NCBI RefSeq assembly: GCF_000619845.1
Contig: NZ_JHUX01000003.1
Location: 610,064 to 642,063, forward strand
Reading direction: 5' to 3'
Source of the DNA: Alkanindiges illinoisensis DSM 15370
GTDB taxonomy: Bacteria > Pseudomonadota > Gammaproteobacteria > Pseudomonadales > Moraxellaceae
Length of the DNA stretch: 32,000 nt
A model generated the notes under the pieces. It was not told where the DNA came from, did no database searches, and saw nothing but the letters and a program-made list of their open reading frames with translations. Both the position numbers and the translations under genes were made by a program. Shown here piece after piece: positions 1 to 6,614 of the stretch (positions within the stretch are counted from its first letter, which is position 1; every line of letters starts with the position of its first letter).

Positions 1-1
1 T

Positions 2-61
2 TATGTGGTCACTGCAGGGAATAACGTGGAAATTTATGTGTCCAGCGGTGTGAGTGGCTAA
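2..61 (+). CDS. 3' end of an upstream gene (partial, function unknown)
   Basis: The frame is open from the window edge to TAA at 59-61 (...YVVTAGNNVEIYVSSGVSG*). A terminator hairpin follows 15 nt later. Confidence 0.35.
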   Translation, partial: YVVTAGNNVEIYVSSGVSG

Positions 62-76
62 TTAAACCAGGTGAAC

Positions 77-102
77 AAAAGGCGCATAACAGCGCCTTTT
101 TT
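77..102 (+). terminator. Rho-independent terminator
   Basis: aaaaGGCGC-ataaca-GCGCCtttttt: GC stem 81-85/92-96, 6-nt loop, T-run 97-102, and an upstream A-run able to extend the stem. Confidence 0.7.
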
Positions 103-159
103 ATGCCTGATGCAATTGGAACCAGCCTCATTTAGCGTTTTTTGGCTATGTCATTCTGC
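103..159 (+). promoter_or_regulatory. Copy A of the recurrent TGGAACC element (candidate late promoter; downstream half divergent)
   Basis: ATGCCTGA (103-110), TGGAACC (117-123) and CCTCATTT (126-133) nearly match copy B at 3477-3506. The downstream box at the N24 position is poor (atgtcattctgc). Confidence 0.4.
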
Positions 160-202
160 ATTCATTGAGTTAAAGCCAACATCGGCAAAAGGTGAATGTA
201 AA

Positions 203-1975
203 ATGACCGTTTTAAGTGCAGAAATCGAAAAGGCGTATAAAGAGCAGCAGGATCAAATTGCTCAGTGCGCGAATTATTACTATGGTGGCTTTAATGCAAC
301 TGAAATTGCTCAGTTTGACAGTATTGCCATTGCCCCTGAATCACGTCCAGACCTGGTAAAAAGCCTGTTTGATTCGATTGGTGAAGAAGGTCAGGCTAAT
401 ATTGATAATGCAGTGCGCTGGGGTGTTGAACAATATCAAGCGCGTAATGGCGGCCAATTGCCTCATCCGTCAGTCATTGCCAGTGCGTTAGGTGCAGGCC
501 TGCAAGCAAGCACAATTAACCCTGAAAACTTAAGCAAAGCGATTGCTGGTTTCGATAGTATCAGTAACCTGCAATATGAGCAGGCCAGTATCGTGCCAGC
601 ATTGACCGTAGCGACCATTGCAAACGTCATTGCCTATGCATTGCCTATTTTTGCGCTGATTCCCAACAATAATCAGTCAGTTAAAGTGCCATTGGTGGCC
701 ATGCGCTTTATTACTGATACGGCGTTTGGTGCAATGGGTGCAGGTGAATATCTGGACGGCGAAAATGCCGCAAAACCCTATGCTGAAGGCCGCTTCCGCT
801 TTGCAATGGCTAAAGGCGCTGGTAATACTTACAGCGTAGTTGCCCATACCTGCTATGACGACTTTAAAGCCAAAACTCCAGACACCGCTACGCCGTTGCT
901 GCCATTCTGGTCAGGTCTGGTATCTGTAAAAATCAATGGCATGGAAGTAGGTCATACCCGTGATGACCGCCTGCTGTCTGTTGATAAAGGCCAGATTAGC
1001 CTGATTCCAAACCAGAAGGGCGTAAAAGTTGGTAACACAGTTTACAAACTCACTGGCAGCACTATCAATCTGGATACCAGCTCTATTAGTGTGACACTTG
1101 ATGGGGCACTGCCTGCTGGTGCTTCTATCGAAGTGGCCTTGGTTGCCAATTTTGAAGCCCGTGACGCTAACAAGAAATTCAAGCTCAATCCGGTTGGTGT
1201 GAGCGTTGAAGCGGAATATGACTCACTGGTGGCTGCGCCATTTGCCATGCGTGTTAATGCGTCATACAGCACACAAAGCCAGCTGGCCAATGAATTAAAC
1301 CTGGGCTTTGTGGGTGCTGCATTATCAATTATGCAAGGTAAGTTCTTTTTGGAACAAACCATTCGATTGCTCAAAGAAGTGAAAGAACGCGCTGTTTTAA
1401 ATGGTCGTGGCTACTTTGATATGTCGCGTGGTGTAACTGGTAATTTGTCTGCCGTTGCCAATACCACCGGTGATTTGTTTGCCGAAGTGCTCAAAGTCAT
1501 TAAGAAAGGTAAGCGTCGTATCCGCCGTGCTTCAGGTGGCGCAACTACCAGCTTTGACCTGTACGTGGGCGACAACGGTGAAATCTTCTTCACTACGCTG
1601 TCTGCTGATAAGTTCACACCGACTGGTGTCAGCTCAACGTATGGCGAAATTGTGCGTATCGGTACGCTGGCTGATGGCACCGATGTTTATCACACGCCTA
1701 ATGCGCAGGGTGTTATTGAAGAGTCTGACGACAATAAGACCTTTGAAATGCTGCTGATTGGTAAAGGGAATGAGCCAGTGCGCAACCCATTGGTTGGTCA
1801 TATCCCTAACCCGCCTGTGGTACGTGAAGCGTTTGCCGATACCCGTGAGTTGGTGATGGATATTCACGGCAAAATGGCTGCGGAATTGAACCCGCTGGAA
1901 CGCTACGCTGACCAGTGTGCGGTGCTACAAGTGGTTAATGCACCAGCCATTCCATTTGACCCACCAGCCAAGTAA
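203..1975 (+). CDS. Major capsid protein (gp23-like / HK97-fold) with ~120-aa N-terminal propeptide
   Basis: ATG at 203 is preceded by AAAGGTGA. The protein is 590 aa. Segments such as 'AMRVNASYSTQSQLANELNLGFVGAALSIMQGKFFLEQTIRLLKEV' and 'FEMLLIGKGNEPVRNPLVGHIPNPP' follow the pattern I know from gp23-type capsid proteins (R.l.A.ys.e..qdl....g.d.e..l...l..ei..ei; lliG.kG......g...P). The gene is flanked by strong terminators, as expected for a highly expressed gene. The ORF-track start at 71 is rejected. Confidence 0.75.
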   Translation: MTVLSAEIEKAYKEQQDQIAQCANYYYGGFNATEIAQFDSIAIAPESRPDLVKSLFDSIGEEGQANIDNAVRWGVEQYQARNGGQLPHPSVIASALGAGLQASTINPENLSKAIAGFDSISNLQYEQASIVPALTVATIANVIAYALPIFALIPNNNQSVKVPLVAMRFITDTAFGAMGAGEYLDGENAAKPYAEGRFRFAMAKGAGNTYSVVAHTCYDDFKAKTPDTATPLLPFWSGLVSVKINGMEVGHTRDDRLLSVDKGQISLIPNQKGVKVGNTVYKLTGSTINLDTSSISVTLDGALPAGASIEVALVANFEARDANKKFKLNPVGVSVEAEYDSLVAAPFAMRVNASYSTQSQLANELNLGFVGAALSIMQGKFFLEQTIRLLKEVKERAVLNGRGYFDMSRGVTGNLSAVANTTGDLFAEVLKVIKKGKRRIRRASGGATTSFDLYVGDNGEIFFTTLSADKFTPTGVSSTYGEIVRIGTLADGTDVYHTPNAQGVIEESDDNKTFEMLLIGKGNEPVRNPLVGHIPNPPVVREAFADTRELVMDIHGKMAAELNPLERYADQCAVLQVVNAPAIPFDPPAK

Positions 1976-1983
1976 GGGCAGTT

Positions 1984-2011
1984 AAAAAGGCGCGTTGATC
2001 GCGCCTTTTTT
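1984..2011 (+). terminator. Rho-independent terminator
   Basis: aaaaaGGCGCG-ttgat-CGCGCCtttttt: perfect 6-bp GC stem 1989-1994/2000-2005 and T-run 2006-2011. Confidence 0.75.
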
Positions 2012-2045
2012 CCCATTCAATATTCATAAAGTCAATGAGGGTATC

Positions 2046-2588
2046 ATGACAACTGAACCAAAAACTAAGCGGCAGCCCCGCACCAAAACAGCTGCGTCAA
2101 CAGCTGAACAACAGTCAGCACCATCAACCCCTGATACTGAGCAGGATAAGGTAAATCAAACGCCAGCACAGCCCAATGCCAATCCTGAGCAGCCAGCGGC
2201 AATACAGAACCAGTCAGAAGGCGCTGACAATGGCCAACAGGACAAAGCACCAGCTGATGATCCATTAACAGATGCTGAAATACAGCCAGCTGATAACAAA
2301 GGCGACGACGCATCAGCCGCTGATAAAGAGCAAGCAAGCCCGGCACCTGCGCCAGTAACTGAACCAGTTGCAGTAGCACCTGTAAAGCCAGTACATGCCT
2401 TTGAGGTGACGAATAACAGTGACCAGCGTGTATTTGAGCCTGTCACCCGTACCACCATTGCACCTGTTGAAACCAAAACCATTGAATGTATCAATGCCAG
2501 CTTTAAACAGCGTGCCTTAAGCAATTTAAAGCAGTTTCAAGCCTTAGGCCGTAATTTGGAGATTAAAGAAGATGCCAGCAGTACCTGA
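2046..2588 (+). CDS. Hypothetical head-associated protein: P/A/Q/E-rich disordered N-terminal half plus a small C-terminal domain
   Basis: ATG at 2046 is preceded by GAGGG. About 120 aa are low complexity (PAQPNANPEQPAA..., PAPAPVTEPVAVAPVKP). The ~60-aa C-terminal domain is related to the N-terminus of the next ORF. Confidence 0.6.
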   Translation: MTTEPKTKRQPRTKTAASTAEQQSAPSTPDTEQDKVNQTPAQPNANPEQPAAIQNQSEGADNGQQDKAPADDPLTDAEIQPADNKGDDASAADKEQASPAPAPVTEPVAVAPVKPVHAFEVTNNSDQRVFEPVTRTTIAPVETKTIECINASFKQRALSNLKQFQALGRNLEIKEDASST

Positions 2589-3426
2589 TAAATACTTTGA
2601 CGGAACAAACCCAATCCTCACCATTGTTGGTGATGAGCCTACAGAGCGAGATGTCAGCATGACAAACAATGCATCAATCGTAAAAACGGAACTATTAACC
2701 AATACTCAGCTGCCGCCCGGCCAAACAGTGCTTGTGCGGGTTAAAGGTGATATGGCATTCGACCAGATCATTTCAAATCTTGAGCAAATTAATGCCTTGG
2801 AAGGCTTTGCAGTTATTGGCGTAACCAGTGTGCCGGTAGAAGAAGAAAGCAATGACGATCCATTTACCTTTGTCAATGCTCAGTTTGGCGGTGAAAACAT
2901 ACAATATACGGGTGGAACGATAGCATTTGATTATTTCAATGGTCTGCCAGCCTTTGCAATCACCACACCAGCTGCACTCAATAAATACTACACCTTTGGT
3001 CAGCCCAATTATGATATCGGTGGCGTTAATGTATTTTCAGAAGTCCTTCTGATCATTTCACCAAATAGTAACGCGCGTGATGCCTATAGTAACCGCATGG
3101 CCGGTAATGGTGGCTTTGCCGTAGACCAAACCCCGGCTAACGGTGCCAATACAGGCGTTTCAATTTCAAAAGCTGGTGCACTTAATCTCTTTACAAAAAC
3201 AGGCACTGATCTTCGTGTAACGGCACAAGTGGTTAATGATGCCGTGAACTGGTCAATTTACACTCCTGATGGTGGCATTACGGATGATTACAGTGACGCA
3301 CAGCCAGGAATCCAGAATCAGCCTTTATACTGCCATGTCATTGCGATTTTGCATCCAGAATATAGTCAGGTTGATTTGACACAAATCCGTGTACCGCTTG
3401 CTTTGGAAGGCATGGAATTAAGTTAA
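2572..3426 (+). CDS. Hypothetical virion protein (possible decoration or head-fibre protein)
   Basis: Long ORF overlapping the previous stop by 17 nt. An alternative start is ATG 2659 (MTNNAS...). The function is not recognisable; placement after the capsid gene is the only hint. Confidence 0.55.
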   Translation: MPAVPDKYFDGTNPILTIVGDEPTERDVSMTNNASIVKTELLTNTQLPPGQTVLVRVKGDMAFDQIISNLEQINALEGFAVIGVTSVPVEEESNDDPFTFVNAQFGGENIQYTGGTIAFDYFNGLPAFAITTPAALNKYYTFGQPNYDIGGVNVFSEVLLIISPNSNARDAYSNRMAGNGGFAVDQTPANGANTGVSISKAGALNLFTKTGTDLRVTAQVVNDAVNWSIYTPDGGITDDYSDAQPGIQNQPLYCHVIAILHPEYSQVDLTQIRVPLALEGMELS

Positions 3427-3448
3427 ACCAAGAATCCAGAAAGAATCT

Positions 3449-3475
3449 AAAAAGCAGCCAAAAGGCTGCTTTTTT
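3449..3475 (+). terminator. Rho-independent terminator
   Basis: aaaaAGCAGCC-aaaa-GGCTGCTttttt: 7-bp stem 3453-3459/3464-3470 and T-run 3471-3475. Confidence 0.75.
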
Positions 3476-3476
3476 C

Positions 3477-3532
3477 ATGCCTGAACAACTGGAACCTACC
3501 TCATTTTACCCAAAACCATGCTGACACAATAA
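3477..3532 (+). promoter_or_regulatory. Copy B of the TGGAACC-N24-CACAATAA element (candidate late promoter)
   Basis: ATGCCTGA 3477-3484, TGGAACC 3490-3496, exactly 24 nt, then CTGACACAATAA 3521-3532. The ATG at 3562 lies 29 nt further on. Confidence 0.5.
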
Positions 3533-3561
3533 CCATAAGCAGTAGGCCATAAGGCAAGGCA

Positions 3562-3849
3562 ATGAACACAACAAAGATTTTAGGTGAAGCGGTCGGTGTG
3601 CAGTGGCAGGGTGTTACTGACAATACCGAAACCAATACAGTGGCCGGTTTAACGCAAGCCATTGTGATTGGCCGGTTTAAACGGGGTGAAGTTGGACGTC
3701 CCATGGTGATTACCCCAAACAATATTCGTGGTCAGCTGGGGCATGAACCTACCAATCCTTATTACATCGCTGTGCAGGCCTGTTTAGATGCTGGTGTGCC
3801 CAGTGTGCAGGTGTTACGTGTAGCTGATTCAATTCAACCTGAGGAATAA
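3562..3849 (+). CDS. Tail sheath protein, N-terminal segment (95 aa, ends at in-frame TAA)
   Basis: AAGG lies upstream of the ATG. 'AVGVQWQGV...QAIVIGRFKRGEVGRPMVITPNNIRGQLG...YYIAVQACLDAGVPSVQVLRV' follows the N-terminal pattern of contractile sheath proteins (GV.v.......s.viG.....g....P.li.s......fG....y.a..a...ga..v.vvrV). It is in the same reading frame as 3856-5154. Confidence 0.65.
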   Translation: MNTTKILGEAVGVQWQGVTDNTETNTVAGLTQAIVIGRFKRGEVGRPMVITPNNIRGQLGHEPTNPYYIAVQACLDAGVPSVQVLRVADSIQPEE

Positions 3850-3855
3850 AAAATC

Positions 3856-5154
3856 ATGACGCAAATTAGACTTTCAGGTGCAGGCGTTTTATCACTAGGC
3901 GCTACAGTTAGCCCAGCGCTGGTCATTAGTGCAACGACAAAAAGCTATCTGGGTGATGATGCATCCCTTGATATCGCTTTTTTTGCGAAAGTGGCTAATC
4001 CGCTATCAGGTGATGATATCACCGTACGTTTAACCTGGTTTGACTCAACTACAGACGATCAAATTTTTAAGATTCAGGGCACATTAAGCAATGATGAGGA
4101 TGATTTGTCATCCATTCAGGCAGTCGCTGATGCTGCGGAAATCTTTGGAGAATTTAGTCTAATTCTTGGTTCTGGCCTGATTACTGCGGTTAAAAATTGC
4201 GTGGCTTTTAATGCATACAATGGCTTAAACCGTAACAGTTTTGCATTGCCGCTTCCAAGTGATCAGCCACCACCATTTGATGCCGATCAGGTCTATGACA
4301 TTTTAACGGCTGAAGGTGTTCGACCAGCCTATCTGGTGCTGCCGACCCTGGATGATCTGGAGCTTTACAACACGGTTTATCGTGCAGCTGACAAGCTCAA
4401 CATTCCCATGGACTGTGAGATTGACCCAACCATTACACCAGAGCAGGCTGCTGACTTGGCGCTTAATCTGGATGCACAGGATCAGCGCGTACAACTAATT
4501 TGGTCGCCTAATATCTGCCGTCCGCGTGATGCCGTATCCCTACGGGGCCGCAAAGTACCAGCCTACGCCATTGGCGCATACCTTGGTATGAAGTTACTTC
4601 GCAATGCACGTACAACAGCAGAGGGTATCCCCAAAATTGGCGACCCGGTAGCCGGTTACGATTTTCCATTCACCATGAAAGGCCTAGAAATGCGGCCTGA
4701 CGTGGTATTTAACGAGCAAACACTGGAAATGCTGGCTAAAGCTAAAGTGAATACTGTACGCCGCATGAGTTTTGGCGGGGGTGTGCGCTTTGTTCTCAGT
4801 GATGGCTTAACCCAGCGTCAAAGCAAGAACAGTGCGCTGCGCCTGGTCAATGCCACAGAAATTGCCTGCTATACCAGCAATATAGCAACCGACATTCTAA
4901 ATCGTCACATGCTTAGACGCATGAGCAGCTACTTAACTGATGCTAGCCGCGAAATTGAAGCCTTTTTGAAAAAATGTGCGGCACCTACGGTTGGCCTGTT
5001 GCAGCCTGCCGCAGATTTGGGCGGTGCGCCGTATGTATTTAGTTTAACGCCCGATGCTGACTATCCGTTTGAACGTGTTCGGCTGTATATGGCGCGTGGT
5101 ATAGACGGTATGACCCGTGCTGCAATTTTTGATAAAGACATTCTTAGTAAGTAG
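3856..5154 (+). CDS. Tail sheath protein, main body (432 aa)
   Basis: 'VPAYAIGAYLGMKLL...IGDPVAGYDF...NEQTLEMLAKAKVNTVRRMSFGGGVRFVLSDGLT' resembles the conserved sheath core (vPas..vaG......p.N..i.g......d...l....iN.ir.....g.r.wg.rT). The ATG lies 6 nt after the TAA of 3562-3849, and GAGGA sits 10 nt upstream. Confidence 0.7.
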   Translation: MTQIRLSGAGVLSLGATVSPALVISATTKSYLGDDASLDIAFFAKVANPLSGDDITVRLTWFDSTTDDQIFKIQGTLSNDEDDLSSIQAVADAAEIFGEFSLILGSGLITAVKNCVAFNAYNGLNRNSFALPLPSDQPPPFDADQVYDILTAEGVRPAYLVLPTLDDLELYNTVYRAADKLNIPMDCEIDPTITPEQAADLALNLDAQDQRVQLIWSPNICRPRDAVSLRGRKVPAYAIGAYLGMKLLRNARTTAEGIPKIGDPVAGYDFPFTMKGLEMRPDVVFNEQTLEMLAKAKVNTVRRMSFGGGVRFVLSDGLTQRQSKNSALRLVNATEIACYTSNIATDILNRHMLRRMSSYLTDASREIEAFLKKCAAPTVGLLQPAADLGGAPYVFSLTPDADYPFERVRLYMARGIDGMTRAAIFDKDILSK

Positions 5155-5169
5155 TTGGAGTAAGAAATA

Positions 5170-5961
5170 ATGATTTTTGGACATAAACGTAAAACCCCGG
5201 TGCCAGCGCTGATTGTGCCTGGCTTTGATTCTGTAGCCGTGGCGATTAGCCAGGCTGCAACCCTGACTGCCAGTGAACAACGTGAGCAGCAATCATTTAT
5301 TGAGCATGTGCGTGAACAGGCGCTGCATATCGTGTCGCATATGGCTGATACGATTATTGAAGGCAAACTAGAAGAAGGCGAGCTGCCCACTGACCTGCTG
5401 GACGGCCTGATGATCGAGGCACTGGATGGACTGGACGACGACGATAGCGACATTGAAGGCGCATTGGCCGGGTCCATTCAAGATGCATTGTCGTCTTTCG
5501 ACGTGGATGATTCTGTCATCAATGAAATGTTCGGTGATAATGTCACTGCTGCCGATGCTGCGATTGAAGCTGCTGCTGCAACCATTATCGCGAATATGCC
5601 CGATGAAGGTGAACCACTGGATGAATTTGCCCGTGAATTCATCTTCGGTGAGCCAGATGACATTGAGGAGGGGTTTGACTCTATCAGTGGTAAGCGCTTG
5701 ACTAAGGCACAGACTAAAGCCAAAGTCGGGGCGTTCTCGCATAAAAAAGTGGGTGGCCGTAAGGTTGCTTATAAAGGGGTACTGGCCATTCGTAAAGGCA
5801 TCAAAACCATTGTGAACAAGCGACTGCCTGGGCAGAAAATCCGTCAATCTGCTGACCAGAAACAGGCGATTAAAAAAGCCCGCCTGAAAGCACACACGGC
5901 TAATTCCATTCGCCAGCGTGTGAAATCGTTTAAGAAAGGTCGCAAGATGGGTTTGTATTAA
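5170..5961 (+). CDS. Acidic/basic internal-protein-like virion protein (leader - acidic region - basic tail)
   Basis: GGAG lies upstream of the ATG. The protein has a ~20-aa leader ending in GFDSV, a strongly acidic middle (LDGLDDDDSDIEG, EPDDIEEG), a second GFDSI, and then ~90 aa with 29 K/R and one acidic residue (my count). Confidence 0.6.
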   Translation: MIFGHKRKTPVPALIVPGFDSVAVAISQAATLTASEQREQQSFIEHVREQALHIVSHMADTIIEGKLEEGELPTDLLDGLMIEALDGLDDDDSDIEGALAGSIQDALSSFDVDDSVINEMFGDNVTAADAAIEAAAATIIANMPDEGEPLDEFAREFIFGEPDDIEEGFDSISGKRLTKAQTKAKVGAFSHKKVGGRKVAYKGVLAIRKGIKTIVNKRLPGQKIRQSADQKQAIKKARLKAHTANSIRQRVKSFKKGRKMGLY

Positions 5962-5982
5962 ACTACAGCGAATGATTGCGTT

Positions 5983-6008
5983 AAAAGGCTGCTTAGGCGG
6001 CCTTTTTT
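5983..6008. terminator. Bidirectional terminator between convergent genes
   Basis: aaaaGGCTGC-ttag-GCGGCCtttttt: 6-bp stem with one G:U pair, an A-run on one side and a T-run on the other. It sits between the stop of 5170-5961 (+) and the stop of 6020-6202 (-). Confidence 0.7.
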
Positions 6009-6019
6009 AATTACTAGAT

Positions 6020-6202
6020 TTATTTATCTGCATAGCATTTGGTCAATACATCGTGGTAGTGCTGATTCGCTTTGTCATAAGCGGTTTTAGCTTTTTCAAT
6101 GGTTGCCTTGTCACCACTGGATAGCGACTTATCATAATTTGCCCAAGCCTTTATTCTTTTACCATGGGCCTTGCTGTATTCCTTTTGCATATCAGTCATC
6201 AT
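6020..6202 (-). CDS. Small Lys-rich helical protein, function unknown (moron, gene 2 of 2)
   Basis: The ORF track starts at TTG 6211. I prefer ATG at 6202, which is preceded by GGAG (taattGGAGatcATGATG). The region is AT-rich (~30-43% G+C in my 60-nt hand counts, against ~50% in the flanks). Confidence 0.55.
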   Translation of the reverse strand: MMTDMQKEYSKAHGKRIKAWANYDKSLSSGDKATIEKAKTAYDKANQHYHDVLTKCYADK

Positions 6203-6214
6203 GATCTCCAATTA

Positions 6215-6490
6215 CTAAATTTCTAAATATAACTTAGCCTGATTGTAAGCGGTATCCAGTTCACTCAAGTAATCCTGCAAATAATCTGAGCCTATCAAAT
6301 TTTTCTGATGAAAGTCGTGTGCTTCACGCTTTAAGCCTTCATAGTCCATTTCCAAAAATTCAACATAATTTCTAATATATGTCATTACTTTCCAGTCCAG
6401 ATGCTTTTCATCCAAAAACAGGTTTTTACCCTTTTCTAAAATTGCTGTCGCTTTTTCCTGAGTCATGGGTTCCTGAATAATATTTTTCAC
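6215..6490 (-). CDS. Small acidic helical protein, function unknown (moron, gene 1 of 2)
   Basis: GTG start at 6490, or alternatively ATG at 6466 preceded by AGGAA. It lies on the strand opposite all neighbours, is AT-rich, and is followed 3 nt later by the second small ORF. Confidence 0.55.
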   Translation of the reverse strand: MKNIIQEPMTQEKATAILEKGKNLFLDEKHLDWKVMTYIRNYVEFLEMDYEGLKREAHDFHQKNLIGSDYLQDYLSELDTAYNQAKLYLEI

Positions 6491-6544
6491 TTTGGAAAAT
6501 CCCTAGGGTATGTGTTTTGAATAATAAAGTCCTTTATTGTCATT

Positions 6545-6587
6545 TGGAACCATGCAGGTCAGGGTATTTTCTAAACAAGCAAAATAG
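6545..6587 (+). promoter_or_regulatory. Copy D of the TGGAACC-N24-box element (candidate late promoter)
   Basis: TGGAACC 6545-6551, 24 nt, then CAAGCAAAATAG 6576-6587 followed by CCATAAG as in copy B. The ATG at 6615 lies 27 nt further on. Confidence 0.45.
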
Positions 6588-6614
6588 CCATAAGTAAACT
6601 TAGAGTATTGTGAC

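Noticed and set aside
117-133. Reading TGGAACC as a sigma-54 -24 element
   Set aside because: Sigma-54 promoters need GG-N10-GC (TGGCAC-N5-TTGC). None of the copies has a GC/TTGC element at that spacing. The conserved partner box is 24 nt away.
71-202. ORF-track N-terminal extension of the capsid ORF (GTG start at 71)
   Set aside because: The extension runs through a canonical terminator hairpin (77-102) and the promoter-like element, and it has no RBS. ATG 203 is preceded by AAAGGTGA and gives a sensible N-terminus.
1995-2045. TTG start at 1995 for the P/A/Q-rich ORF
   Set aside because: This codon lies in the loop of the terminator at 1984-2011. ATG 2046 has a GAGGG Shine-Dalgarno.
2065-2524. 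Minus-strand ORFs 2065-2379 and 2156-2524
   Set aside because: They are antisense to the low-complexity Pro/Ala/Gln-coding region, where stop codons are rare in several frames. There is no independent support.
3501-3722. Minus-strand ORFs 3501-3722 and 6503-6739 spanning regulatory regions
   Set aside because: They overlap the 5' ends of well-supported + strand genes (sheath, 6615-7148) and the conserved promoter-like elements. Their translations look hydrophobic or low-complexity and unlike real proteins.
5061-5895. Minus-strand ORFs 5061-5477, 5368-5895 and 5478-5723 (Ser-rich, 81-175 aa)
   Set aside because: They are antisense shadows of the GAT/GAA-rich acidic region of 5170-5961. They give low-complexity translations, have no RBS, and are fully nested in a better-supported + strand gene.
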